From Methanobacteriota archaeon (GTDB lineage Archaea > Halobacteriota > Bog-38 > Methanoflorentales > Methanoflorentaceae), in assembly GCA_963719035.1 (NCBI GenBank), contig CAVRAO010000002.1:224001-288000 (forward strand): a DNA stretch of 64,000 bases. Reading direction: 5' to 3'. The notes beneath the pieces were generated by a model. It was not told the origin of the DNA. It did not search any database and saw nothing but the letters and a program-made list of their open reading frames with translations. Positions within the stretch are counted from its first letter, which is position 1. Each line of letters opens with the position of its first letter. A program made the position numbers and the translations under genes. Positions 22,118 through 32,243 of the stretch are shown here, one piece after another.

Positions 22118-22687
22118 ATGGTCACAAGTGAGCTCGCAGGCGTTTTCTTGCACAAAATGCCAACGTCACTGCTGCTTACTATACGGACCTACGATCGAAC
22201 TTATGTTTCAGTGTTAGCTAAGGAGTGCAACTGCACATACCCCCACGCGGTAAAAACTCTTTGGGGCATGGAAAGGCTCGGGTTGGTCCAATCAGAGAAA
22301 GTCGGTAGAGTGAAATATGTCCAGCTGACAGATCACGGCAAGGTTGTTGCTGACTCACTTAGTGCCCTTGTGCACAGCTTAGGCGTTAATGATGCACCGC
22401 TAAGAGATGATGTGGCATACGTCAATCAAAAGATAAATAACGTTATTCGCAAAATTGAAACGATTCAAAACGAGCTCGAGGCCAAAAATTACCTTAGCCG
22501 GGAAGAGGGCATACGCTTCAACAGGCGACTTGGACCTTATTATCGTGAACTCAATGCGATCCGCCTTCTTTTAGAAACACAGCCTAACAGCCCGCTCCGT
22601 TCTAAAGTCGATGCGCTAACAAAGATGGTTCACAAAGTAAAAAAAGAGATAGCTACGAGACAAGCATCACAACCTGCAGCTACCTGA
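22118..22687 (+). CDS. winged-helix DNA-binding protein with C-terminal helical domain
   Basis: Y.S.LAKE...TY.H....L...GLV...K.GR.KY..LT..G wHTH pattern. Confidence 0.75.
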   Translation: MVTSELAGVFLHKMPTSLLLTIRTYDRTYVSVLAKECNCTYPHAVKTLWGMERLGLVQSEKVGRVKYVQLTDHGKVVADSLSALVHSLGVNDAPLRDDVAYVNQKINNVIRKIETIQNELEAKNYLSREEGIRFNRRLGPYYRELNAIRLLLETQPNSPLRSKVDALTKMVHKVKKEIATRQASQPAAT

Positions 22688-23642
22688 TGGGATAAAAGTC
22701 TTTGACGCGTGTGGTATCGTCTAGAAACGGCGTTGAGGCTTCATATAGAACAGTGTCAGTACTTGCGACAATCGTATGTCTTTCGTAAGGTTTTATGTGA
22801 ACCGTGTCTCCGGTCTCGAAATACTCTTTTCGATCGTCAAATTCAATATAACCAGTCCCTTGCATAATGAGCATGGTCTCGTCTTTGTTCTTGTGAAAGT
22901 GATAAGACGATTGATATCCTTCGCGAATATATAGCTCTTTTAGCAAATAAAGCTCAGTAATTATCTGAACTTTCTCATATCCCCAAGGTTTAGCAGTTTT
23001 GTTGTGAAACTCTTTTTGAACCCGTTGTTTCCCATCTTCTGTGTAAAGAGTATCCCAAAAATTAAACTCTTCATATACGTCCAGCTCCCCAAGATCTGCA
23101 AGTAACGGTAAAGCGTCTTCTAATTCATCTCCAAGAGCATATTGCTCAAAGTCAAACGCTTTTCGTACGCAGAGAATTCCTCCGTAAACTGTTGAGGGCT
23201 CATCATCGAATAAAGCTCGAGACGCCCGTTCGAAAGAACTGCTCGACTCGGTTCGGGTAGTCGCGTAGACTATAACCGGCACTGCTGACTGGGTGAATTT
23301 TATTATCAGTTTTTTCAAGTTTATGTCCGTAACGACGCCGGAGTCTAAAACGATGACATCATCATCGATTTTAGCCAGTACCAACGTGATATCTTTGAAC
23401 GTCCTAGGAGCGTGCTCGTAGCTGAGTTTAACGCCCTTGTACTCATCTCCTAATGTTTCCTGTAACTGTCGAGAAGAGACGGTCGTCAAAAGCACTGCCT
23501 CGCGTAGTCCAACCGTGGCAAGGTCAAGCAGTAGCTTGTCTACTACCGTAAATCCGTCTGTCAAAACTGTAAGCGCATTTGAGGAACCGTCGTTTACGCT
23601 TTGCTTTTTTCCGTAGCCGTCACATAAGATTAGTGCTTTCAT
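22680..23642 (-). CDS. degenerate sugar-phosphate nucleotidyltransferase fused to a C-terminal cupin
   Basis: MKALILCDGYGK N-terminus; cupin KPWGYE...SYHFH..KDET...HTI...YEAST. Confidence 0.75.
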   Translation of the reverse strand: MKALILCDGYGKKQSVNDGSSNALTVLTDGFTVVDKLLLDLATVGLREAVLLTTVSSRQLQETLGDEYKGVKLSYEHAPRTFKDITLVLAKIDDDVIVLDSGVVTDINLKKLIIKFTQSAVPVIVYATTRTESSSSFERASRALFDDEPSTVYGGILCVRKAFDFEQYALGDELEDALPLLADLGELDVYEEFNFWDTLYTEDGKQRVQKEFHNKTAKPWGYEKVQIITELYLLKELYIREGYQSSYHFHKNKDETMLIMQGTGYIEFDDRKEYFETGDTVHIKPYERHTIVASTDTVLYEASTPFLDDTTRVKDFYPIR

Positions 23643-23820
23643 TTACAACTCCAGAGAATTGTTGAACAATGAAGTATAAGGCTTTTTTTAGCTTTTGAGT
23701 GTGGTACGCACAACTCTCATTACGAGCTTACCGAAATATTATTAAGGGACTGCCGAAATACGAGTGTGAACACTCAAAAAGAGGGTCAGTGCAAATCTGT
23801 TTGCTGAGGAGCAACGTAAG

Positions 23821-24996
23821 ATGAACATCGTCATGGTAACAAGCTGGTCACCGCGGCATTGCGGCATAGCTACTTACAGCTCAGAGCTCGTTGGTGCGCT
23901 AAGGAAGAACGGGCATGACGTGAAAATTATTTGTCACACAGACGAGGAATTTGGAGGACACCGCGAACAAGGGGTTTATCCGGTTATTGACACCAACGAT
24001 CCTGGTTGGGACGAACGTATCTATAACACAATACAGCAGATCAAGCCTGATGTAGTCCATATTCAGCATGAGTATGGGCTCTATTTAACGCATGGAGACT
24101 ACGGAGGTCGGATTCTTACACTGCTTTTTAGACTCAAGCTTGAGAAGATCCCTTCCGTTATGACTTACCATTCGATCTATACGTCGCTGGATCGCCCTGA
24201 AGCCATTTTTACCGATGTTAGTTTGCGCTTACTCGACTCTGCGATTGTCCACGCCGAAGTTCAGAAGCTGTTTCTTCCGTACAACCTCGATTGGATCCCC
24301 CACAACGTTCACGTTATATCACACGGCGCTAAAGAAGTCGTGCCTGATCCAGTAGCAAAAGAACGTTTCGGGTTGGTTGGGAAGAAGGTAGCACTTTGTA
24401 TAGGCTGGTTTGAACCTAACAAACGCTTCGAGGATGTCATTGAGATTTGGCCAGAAATCATGCAAGACGCGGGTAAGCAAGCAGTACTCGTGATTGCCGG
24501 CGACGCACGACCAGGCTCGGAAACCGGAATTAAGTACAAAGAGCAGCTGTTGCGCGCAATTGAAGAGTCCTCAGCGAAAGACTATATAAAAACGATAATC
24601 GGGGCATTTGATCCTGAAACGTATGACAGTATAATCTCAGCGTCAGACTTCGTCGTGCTTCCATACAAGCACGCGTCCCAGAGTGGGAACCTCGCGCACT
24701 CTTTTGCCCTTAACAAACCGGCCATTGTTTCGTCGCTTGAAGGTTTAAAGGCAGAAATTGAAGCAAGCGGTGCCGGAATAGCAGTCCCTGTCGACGATCT
24801 TGAGGAGTTAAGAAAAGCAATTACAATAATGCTTACTAGCGATTTAATGCTCGAAACCTACAGCGAGCACGCGCGCGACTACGTGGCAAACCACATTATT
24901 TGGGCCAATGTAGCTCGGAAGCACACTCTCGTTTACGAGAATGCCATCGATCGCGTGACGTATGGCACCAAGATGCGTGTAAACCAGACTATTTGA
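23821..24996 (+). CDS. GT4 glycosyltransferase (mannosyltransferase-like, PRxCGIAT type)
   Basis: SWSPRHCGIATY, HIQHEYG, ISHG, VLPY....SG.L. Confidence 0.85.
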   Translation: MNIVMVTSWSPRHCGIATYSSELVGALRKNGHDVKIICHTDEEFGGHREQGVYPVIDTNDPGWDERIYNTIQQIKPDVVHIQHEYGLYLTHGDYGGRILTLLFRLKLEKIPSVMTYHSIYTSLDRPEAIFTDVSLRLLDSAIVHAEVQKLFLPYNLDWIPHNVHVISHGAKEVVPDPVAKERFGLVGKKVALCIGWFEPNKRFEDVIEIWPEIMQDAGKQAVLVIAGDARPGSETGIKYKEQLLRAIEESSAKDYIKTIIGAFDPETYDSIISASDFVVLPYKHASQSGNLAHSFALNKPAIVSSLEGLKAEIEASGAGIAVPVDDLEELRKAITIMLTSDLMLETYSEHARDYVANHIIWANVARKHTLVYENAIDRVTYGTKMRVNQTI

Positions 24997-25060
24997 ACGG
25001 TTCTTTTGGTTGCGCTTCGATAAGCGCTTCCTGATATTAATTGCAAGGAGCTCGAGAGAT

Positions 25061-25777
25061 ATGGTCAGTATACGCGAGTACATATCTGCCCCTGTCATTG
25101 ATGTAGAGCCAGAAGCGACCGTAGCAGACACTTTAGCTCTTATAGCAAAAACCGGTCACCAAGGGTTTCCCGTCGTCACCGATGGTAGAATCGTTGGTGT
25201 TGTTACTAGTGCCGACCTTATTCTCGCTAAGCCGCACCAAAAAATCGCAAAACTCATGACGGCTAATCCAGTGACCGCAAAACTTGATGATGACATCGTG
25301 AGCGTCGCAGGAGTAATGGCGTATAACCATATCCATCATGTCCCTATCGTCGACGGTGAGCACGTAGTTGGTATCGTGACTGCAACGGACATGCTTCGTG
25401 CATGTATCGAGAATATCATTTCTGAGAACGTTGAGCGTATTTTCACGTTTTTTCAAACGCTTCACCCAAACGTCACTCTCAGACATATACGCGTTGCAGT
25501 CGCACCTTTGATCCCTACTCAAAAGCTCTTAGATCCAACAGAACTTACGCTTCGCGAACAGCAGTTTACGCGAGGGGTAGTTTATCCCATCGTAGTCACT
25601 AAGAAAGGTCTCTTTTATCATATCATCGACGGACATCACCGCGCTTATCTAGCTTATAAACAAGGGATAGTTGAGATTCCAGCTTTTTTTATAGAGGGCG
25701 ATCTCGGCATCGTTAAATCATCTAACAAGCTCGGCTTAAAAACCTTGAACGATATGGTTTTACTGTCTGAAGAGTAA
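25061..25777 (+). CDS. CBS-pair plus ParB/sulfiredoxin-fold domain protein
   Basis: two CBS repeats (GFPVV...VGVVT..D; HVPIVD...VGIVT.TD), then L.PTQ...PIVV...IIDGHHRA. Confidence 0.85.
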   Translation: MVSIREYISAPVIDVEPEATVADTLALIAKTGHQGFPVVTDGRIVGVVTSADLILAKPHQKIAKLMTANPVTAKLDDDIVSVAGVMAYNHIHHVPIVDGEHVVGIVTATDMLRACIENIISENVERIFTFFQTLHPNVTLRHIRVAVAPLIPTQKLLDPTELTLREQQFTRGVVYPIVVTKKGLFYHIIDGHHRAYLAYKQGIVEIPAFFIEGDLGIVKSSNKLGLKTLNDMVLLSEE

Positions 25778-25778
25778 G

Positions 25779-26831
25779 CTACCCAAAGTACTCTTTCAAG
25801 TCTGACGCCACTTTTTCTGGCATAGACTCGACGATAACCTCTTCATGAAGTCTTTCCATGAAACCCGAGTCGTTATTGTAGTAGCCCTGCGGGTACGGCC
25901 GAGCGATGATCCGCGCGACGAGTCTGAAGCTCTCATCCTTGCCTGAAGCCGAGAACGTGCTTAGATTGAAACTATGTACTCCATACAAAGTATATGCAGT
26001 GAAAACTCTTTTTAGGCCCTTGCTGAAGTCAGAAATAGCAGTTTCATCAAGCTCGTACAACGATGAGATGTCGTGAAACACCCCGCAGATTTCATCATTA
26101 CCAAGGGGTACGTAACTTGTGATCCAAGAGAGGCTACCGATTTTCCCCAGAAACCTTTCCCCTTCTTTTTCCTCAATTTCGAGCAAGCGCTTCCAATAAT
26201 TTTCCTTGTGTTTCTTGAAGTATTTTTCACATTCTGATAAATATAGCCAAGCTAGGTTCGTCGGTTGCTCATCTACAGTAAGTTGAACGTGCGGATGGAC
26301 GACGCTCGCACCCGCTGGTGGTAAGAAATTCCAACTGAAGATTGGGAACACGGCTTTCTTATCGCTTAACGCAACCACACGGAAGTACTCGATACTTGCT
26401 TTAACAGTATCTTGAATCTGCTTCAACGTAAACTCGTCAATCCCTAAAAAATGCTCTTTCGATACCGTTGCTACGGCATGATACTTCGCAAATGGAAACA
26501 AGTTTGGAAAGACTGTTGTTTCGCCGACCTTGATCCTTCCCTCAGGCACTAAACTCGAAGGAAACATTGGCGTATTGGTCTTTATATTTGCGGGACAAAA
26601 ATAGCAATTCTTTGTAGATAGGTCAATCAACTCCGAGTACCCTGTGCCAGTTTGTGCCTGCTTCTTCCTCTCAGATCGTTTGACATTGATTCGGCACGCA
26701 CGGCTGGTAAGGAGCTCTTTTCGGTACTCAATTTTTTGCCTCTCTAAGAGAAAGTCACACGTCGGATTGCGTAGCTCAGACTCGATTAACCTCTTAGAGA
26801 ACAGATCTCGCAGAATTATGACCTCCAGCAA
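25779..26831 (-). CDS. galactose-1-phosphate uridylyltransferase-like (GalT/HIT superfamily)
   Basis: CYFCP, FPNLFPFA, N..P.AGASVVHPHVQ active-site motif. Confidence 0.85.
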   Translation of the reverse strand: MLEVIILRDLFSKRLIESELRNPTCDFLLERQKIEYRKELLTSRACRINVKRSERKKQAQTGTGYSELIDLSTKNCYFCPANIKTNTPMFPSSLVPEGRIKVGETTVFPNLFPFAKYHAVATVSKEHFLGIDEFTLKQIQDTVKASIEYFRVVALSDKKAVFPIFSWNFLPPAGASVVHPHVQLTVDEQPTNLAWLYLSECEKYFKKHKENYWKRLLEIEEKEGERFLGKIGSLSWITSYVPLGNDEICGVFHDISSLYELDETAISDFSKGLKRVFTAYTLYGVHSFNLSTFSASGKDESFRLVARIIARPYPQGYYNNDSGFMERLHEEVIVESMPEKVASDLKEYFG

Positions 26832-27270
26832 GAATTAATAATCGGATGTTGCCGTATAAACAATTAACGTTTGTAAGCTTGACAACAATATAAACCTTTT
26901 TAAGGAATTTTCGATCGCAACGCATTGTAATGCAACACAGATAGATTGCCAAGCAAGTTGGATCGACACTTACAGCTGATCTATGTAACCGACAGATGCT
27001 TTTTTCACAGTAAGGTGTTCTGCATCGGATAGCAAAAATGCTCAACAATTAAGCTACTAAACAAGCGGTTGTTGATGGGGGGCCTTATTACTGCAAAGCA
27101 CTAGAGTTAAGAACTTGATATTCATATTCGGACTGCAGAGCAGGCCGGAGCGGCCGAGACCGGTATATAGATACTAGGGCGCTCGTACTCATAAAGCGCT
27201 AGCGTAACGCAACCAAGGCACTTAAGGCTTAGCCCAACTCCTTTTGGAGACGATATATAAGGTGTACAAC

Positions 27271-28785
27271 ATGGAGTTTGATTTAAAAGCTCATCTGAAA
27301 TTCAGCGACAATCTCCCAAAAGAAGCAGATTTCGAACTGCAAAAAGCAATAGAAGCTGCAAACAACGTACTTTTCATTAAAGGCGTGCCAAGCAACTCTG
27401 TCAATGAAGCAGGAAGGATAATTGAATGGCATACGCACGCCAATGAGCTTTACGTCAGAATCGTCAGCGGCAGATATACTCGATCGCACGAAGCACTTTT
27501 GCGCTTTCGAAAGGCCCTCGGAATTATTATGGGGTCTAAATATCGGATAGGTATCAGAGGCTATGAAATTGAAGAGTTTACAATACTAATTGAAGCTGAA
27601 ACTCCAGTGCATCTCAAACTCCCCTTTGTGAAAGAGGTGTCATACGAAAACAAACTGTTAACGCTCAATCTTTTGGTTGACGAACAAGACGTAGAGAACA
27701 AGATACCGGACCGAATCGTAAGTCTTGTCGAGGAGAAGATTAAACAAGAACTCTACGGAACAAAGCTTGAGAATTGGGAGTTGGTCTGGACAAGCCCACA
27801 AAAAACGGTCCACTTTCGACTCGATCCTACTGAGGAACTAAAAAAGCGTCAATGGATTAAGCACGGAATGAGTCGAGGACAATGGATTTTCGGCCCTCAA
27901 ATAACGAAGGTCTTCAACACTTTTAAGAGAATCATCGAAAAGGAAATACTCGAACGGCTTGGCTATTCAGAGATGATTTTTCCCAAGATGGTTCCGTGGG
28001 AAGTCTGGAAACGATCTGGGCATGCACGCGGCGTTTATCCAGAAATTTACTACATTTCAAGTCCTAAATCGCGTGATCCCGAGTATTGGGAAGAGGTAAC
28101 CGACTATTATAAAGTCACTAATGAGATTCCCTTAACGTTGATCAGGGAAAAAATCGATGACCCCCTCGGTGGCATGTGTTATGCGCAATGCCCGTCTTTT
28201 TGGCCTTTCATGCAAGGTGAAACGATTTCCTCGCATTCGCTTCCGGTCAAGGTGTTCGATCGATCGGGCACGTCACATCGCTATGAGAGTGGGGGCATAC
28301 ACGGTATAGAACGTGTTGACGAGTTTCACCGAATTGAAATCGTGTGGGTCGGTGACCATAACCAAGTCAGTGAAGAAGCCCAGAAACTTGAAAAGCGCTA
28401 CACCCGCATTTTTAATGACATCTTAGATCTCGATTGGAGAATGGCACGTGTTACGCCATGGTTTATGGCTCAGGAGGGACTAATTGACACGTCATCTGAT
28501 CTTTCGGTTGGCACCGTAGATTATGAGGCATATCTGCCGTATCGTGGTGAACGTGCTGAGAGTGAGTGGCTTGAATTTCAAAACGTAAGCGTAAACGGTG
28601 ATAAATATCCTCGCGGTTTTAACGTAAAAACCCAAAAAGGAGAATTGTGGTCGGGATGTTCGGGTATCGGGTTGGAAAGATGGGCTGCTGCCTTTTTTGC
28701 ACAGAAAGGTTTAGATATCGAATTTTGGCCGCCGAAATTCGCTAAGCTTATTGGAGAGCTGCCAGAGGGGATACAATTCCTTTGA
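27271..28785 (+). CDS. serS: seryl-tRNA synthetase, methanogen type (SerRS2)
   Basis: SGRYTR.H, IPDRI, YAQC, SHRYESGG.HGIERVDEFHRIE, WSGCSG.GLERW. Confidence 0.95.
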   Translation: MEFDLKAHLKFSDNLPKEADFELQKAIEAANNVLFIKGVPSNSVNEAGRIIEWHTHANELYVRIVSGRYTRSHEALLRFRKALGIIMGSKYRIGIRGYEIEEFTILIEAETPVHLKLPFVKEVSYENKLLTLNLLVDEQDVENKIPDRIVSLVEEKIKQELYGTKLENWELVWTSPQKTVHFRLDPTEELKKRQWIKHGMSRGQWIFGPQITKVFNTFKRIIEKEILERLGYSEMIFPKMVPWEVWKRSGHARGVYPEIYYISSPKSRDPEYWEEVTDYYKVTNEIPLTLIREKIDDPLGGMCYAQCPSFWPFMQGETISSHSLPVKVFDRSGTSHRYESGGIHGIERVDEFHRIEIVWVGDHNQVSEEAQKLEKRYTRIFNDILDLDWRMARVTPWFMAQEGLIDTSSDLSVGTVDYEAYLPYRGERAESEWLEFQNVSVNGDKYPRGFNVKTQKGELWSGCSGIGLERWAAAFFAQKGLDIEFWPPKFAKLIGELPEGIQFL

Positions 28786-28808
28786 AAAAATGTTATATGG
28801 TATGATCA

Positions 28809-28816
28809 TTTATATA
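28809..28816 (+). promoter_or_regulatory. candidate TATA box of rps3ae
   Basis: TTTATATA in the serS-rps3ae spacer. Confidence 0.5.
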
Positions 28817-28906
28817 TGGTTGAGCTTTTAGACAGAATCGCTATGAGCCTAACAAAGCGCAGTCATATTAATTCAACATCGCGAAGCTTATAAAAGGAGT
28901 ATTTGG

Positions 28907-29491
28907 ATGGCGAGAAGACAGACTAGGAAAAAAGCGGAAGGCTGGAAAGCAAAGAGATGGTACGACGTAGTTACCCCCGAAATCTTCGGAAAGATGAGCA
29001 TAGGATCTACCCCCACCGATGATCCTGTAAAATTAGTTGGTCGGGTCATGGATACAACTCTCGGTGAGCTGACGAACGACCTCGGAAAGCAGAACGTGAA
29101 AATGCACTTCAAAGTGAACGAGGTCAGTGGCGAATCCGCACACACAAGGTTCACGGGTCATGAGCTTACACGTGATTACTTAAGAAGCTTGGTGAAAAGG
29201 CGAACAAGTCTCGTAGAATCAAACATCGTCGTTACTACAAAAGATGGCTTCAAAGTTCACCTTAAGCCAATGGCTTTGACTATAAAACGCGCTGGTTCTA
29301 GTCAAATCAAAGCGATTCGAGACATCATGAACGGTACCTTACGTGAACGTGGAAAAGAGCTCAATTATGAGCAATTCATCCACGAAGTCGTGCTCGGAAA
29401 GCTTGCAAGTGATATTTATAAAAAATCCAAGATCATTTACCCATTACGCCGCGTCGAAATCAGCAAAACAAAGATTTTGGCAGAACCATAA
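28907..29491 (+). CDS. rps3ae: 30S ribosomal protein S3Ae (eS1)
   Basis: WKAK.WY, RDYLRSLVKRRTS, IYPLRRVEI.K. Confidence 0.96.
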   Translation: MARRQTRKKAEGWKAKRWYDVVTPEIFGKMSIGSTPTDDPVKLVGRVMDTTLGELTNDLGKQNVKMHFKVNEVSGESAHTRFTGHELTRDYLRSLVKRRTSLVESNIVVTTKDGFKVHLKPMALTIKRAGSSQIKAIRDIMNGTLRERGKELNYEQFIHEVVLGKLASDIYKKSKIIYPLRRVEISKTKILAEP

Positions 29492-29532
29492 CGAACTCGT
29501 TTTTTAAATACTTGGCAGCTTAATTTAACGAC

Positions 29533-30750
29533 ATGTGCGTAGCCAAGAAGATCCTATTTGTTGTGCTCGATGGGGCAGCCGACCGTCCAACGGCTGTAGC
29601 AACGACACCTCTCATGGCAGCCAATATTCCTTTTCTCGATCGACTAGCGCAAGAAGGAATTTTAGGGATTATGGACGTCATAGCGCCAGGGACGCCTCCT
29701 GGATCTGACACGGCACATCTATCGCTGTTAGGTTATCCGCTAAATGAGGTTTACACAGGGCGCGGACCTTTTGAAGCGGCCGGCGTTGGTATTAATGTCC
29801 GACCAGGCGACATCGCGTTTCGGGGCAACTTTGCGACAGTTAAGGATGGTATAGTCATCGACCGACGTGCTGGTCGTATTGACGAAACTAAATCGCTGTC
29901 TGACGCAATTAGAGAGCAGCTTCACCTCGATTGTGAATTCTTGTTTAAAGAGTCTGCAGGGCATCGAGCAGTTCTCGTGCTTAGAGCGGAAGACCTAAGT
30001 CCAAGAATAACTCAAACAGACCCTCAACATCCAGGAGCGTTATTGCGTTCAAAGCCGATTGCCAAAGACGCTTCATCACGCAGAACTGCAAACATCGTTA
30101 ATGATTTTACGCGGCAGGTTTTGTCAATTCTTGGCAATCATCCAGTCAACGCGGAACGGACGCGTACAAATCAACTTCCAGCGAATGCAGTGCTGCTTCG
30201 CGGAGTGGGCTCAGTTCCGCATCTTGTTCCGTTTGAAAGACGTACAGGCTTGAATGCCGCTGTAATCGCTGCGACAGCATTGGTAATCGGGATTGGCAAA
30301 CTGACCGGGATGAAGTATATACCAACGAAAGGTGCTACAGGACACATTGATTCAAATATCGATGAGAAAGTAAAGAATGTAAACAAAGCGCTAAAGCGAC
30401 ACTCTTTTGTGCTTCTCAACATAAAAGGTGCAGATGAAGCGGGTCACGACGGTGATTTCAACGCCAAAACGCACTTTCTAACGCGAGTGGGTAACGCTTT
30501 GTCAAATTTGGCAATCGAAGAATCGACACTTGTCATAATAACAGCAGATCACACTACTCCTGTAAGCCTTAAAGAACACTCAGGCGATCCTGTTCCATTC
30601 CTCATACGAGGAAAAGGAGTTCGTGCTGATCAAACGAGCTCATTCAACGAGTACGTTGCCGCCAGAGGAGGTATGGGTCGGATTTATGGTCATGATATGA
30701 TGCCCATACTTACTGATCTGCTGGGCAAAGGGACGAAGTTTGGCGCGTGA
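29533..30750 (+). CDS. apgM: 2,3-bisphosphoglycerate-independent phosphoglycerate mutase, archaeal type
   Basis: [48 protein letters not shown]. Confidence 0.93.
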   Translation: MCVAKKILFVVLDGAADRPTAVATTPLMAANIPFLDRLAQEGILGIMDVIAPGTPPGSDTAHLSLLGYPLNEVYTGRGPFEAAGVGINVRPGDIAFRGNFATVKDGIVIDRRAGRIDETKSLSDAIREQLHLDCEFLFKESAGHRAVLVLRAEDLSPRITQTDPQHPGALLRSKPIAKDASSRRTANIVNDFTRQVLSILGNHPVNAERTRTNQLPANAVLLRGVGSVPHLVPFERRTGLNAAVIAATALVIGIGKLTGMKYIPTKGATGHIDSNIDEKVKNVNKALKRHSFVLLNIKGADEAGHDGDFNAKTHFLTRVGNALSNLAIEESTLVIITADHTTPVSLKEHSGDPVPFLIRGKGVRADQTSSFNEYVAARGGMGRIYGHDMMPILTDLLGKGTKFGA

Positions 30751-30899
30751 ACTTCGCGAAAAAATAGACCTAGCAACGCTACAATACTAGGAACGAACAC
30801 GCTTAGTCCTGTATACTTGAAATATGTCTTGAAGATTCTTCACAACAAAAGATTAAAGCAGCAGCACAAGCTAGGCGATTAAAAAACTGAGGATAAAAA

Positions 30900-32243
30900 A
30901 TGTCAGTTCATCCAATAGAGTACCGCTACGGCACTAGCGAGATGAAAGCCATTTGGAGCGAGGACTGTAAACTCCGCTACTTGCTTGAGGTGGAAGTAGC
31001 TCTTGCCAAAGCCGAAGCTGACCATAAGCGTATCCCTAGAAAGGCAGCAGATGAAATCGAAACGGCGGTAAGCAAAGTTACACGTACGCGCGTTGCAGAA
31101 ATTGAAGACGAAATCCACCACGACATTATGGCCGTCGTTAAAGCGATTTCAGAACAGATTAGCACTGAAAATGACTACGTACACTATGGTGCGACGTCAA
31201 ACGACATTATCGACACTGCACTTGCGCTCCAATTGCAAGCTTCGTTGAGAATACTCGCGTTAAAACTTAAACGTCTTAGAACCGTTTTGGCAAACCTTGC
31301 TGACGAAAACAAGGCTCGTGTATGTGCAGCAAGAACACATGGTCAAATTGCCGTACCAACTACCTACGGTATGCGATTCGCCGTTTGGGCGATGGAAATC
31401 GATCGACATTTGCATCGGCTTTTCGAATCCCGCAAGCGGATCGAAGTCGGGCAAATGACAGGAGCTGTCGGGACACAAGCAGCTTTTGGAAAAAAAGGAG
31501 TAGAAATTCAGGCGCGAACGCTCGAGTTGCTTGGGCTAGGATCAGTGGAAGTATCAACGCAAATCATCCAGCGTGATCGGCACGCTGAATACGTAATGTT
31601 GCTCGCTAACGTCGCAACTTCGCTCGAGAAAATATTTATCGAAATCAGAACACTCCAAAGAAGTGAGATAGCCGAAATTTCAGAAGGTTTCGGGAAAAAA
31701 CAGGTTGGGTCTTCAACGATGCCGCATAAGCGAAATCCAATTAAGTCAGAACAAATCTGCGGCCTCGCACGAGTCGTACGATCGTTTGTGCTTCCCTCAT
31801 TAGAAAACAACACGTTATGGGATGAACGAGATTTGACAAATTCTTCCAGTGAGCGGATTATCTTTCCTGAAACAACTATTTTAACAGACCACATAATCAC
31901 ACTCTCCATTGACGTGCTAAGTAACTTGGAATTCAATGAAGAACGTATAAAACAGAACCTCAGCCTCATGCGAGGATTAAACATGAGCGAAGCAGTAATG
32001 ATACAGTTGACTAAGAAAGTCGGGCGTCAACGCGCTCACGAAATTATACGCACAGCTACAATGGATGCTTACGCTCGTGGAGACGCCCTTTCAGACACAT
32101 TGCTCAAAGAGCCCCTCATTGTGAAATATTTTTCCAAAGACCAGCTTGAGTGGATGATCCTCCCTGAGAATTACATAGGAACGGCTATTGAGCAAGTTGA
32201 GCGAGTTGTAACGCTTCTGAGGCAGAACGAGTGTCTGGAATAG
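30900..32243 (+). CDS. purB: adenylosuccinate lyase
   Basis: HYGATSND, RTHGQ, GSSTMPHKRNP signature. Confidence 0.96.
   Translation: MSVHPIEYRYGTSEMKAIWSEDCKLRYLLEVEVALAKAEADHKRIPRKAADEIETAVSKVTRTRVAEIEDEIHHDIMAVVKAISEQISTENDYVHYGATSNDIIDTALALQLQASLRILALKLKRLRTVLANLADENKARVCAARTHGQIAVPTTYGMRFAVWAMEIDRHLHRLFESRKRIEVGQMTGAVGTQAAFGKKGVEIQARTLELLGLGSVEVSTQIIQRDRHAEYVMLLANVATSLEKIFIEIRTLQRSEIAEISEGFGKKQVGSSTMPHKRNPIKSEQICGLARVVRSFVLPSLENNTLWDERDLTNSSSERIIFPETTILTDHIITLSIDVLSNLEFNEERIKQNLSLMRGLNMSEAVMIQLTKKVGRQRAHEIIRTATMDAYARGDALSDTLLKEPLIVKYFSKDQLEWMILPENYIGTAIEQVERVVTLLRQNECLE

Noticed and set aside
25061-25777. ParB as a plasmid or chromosome partition locus
   Set aside because: No ParA, no HTH domain and no parS-like repeats; the domain is fused to CBS.
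26794-27048. Cys-rich 84-aa minus-strand ORF upstream of galT
   Set aside because: No recognisable motif spacing or SD, and it overlaps the galT start and promoter region; likely spurious.
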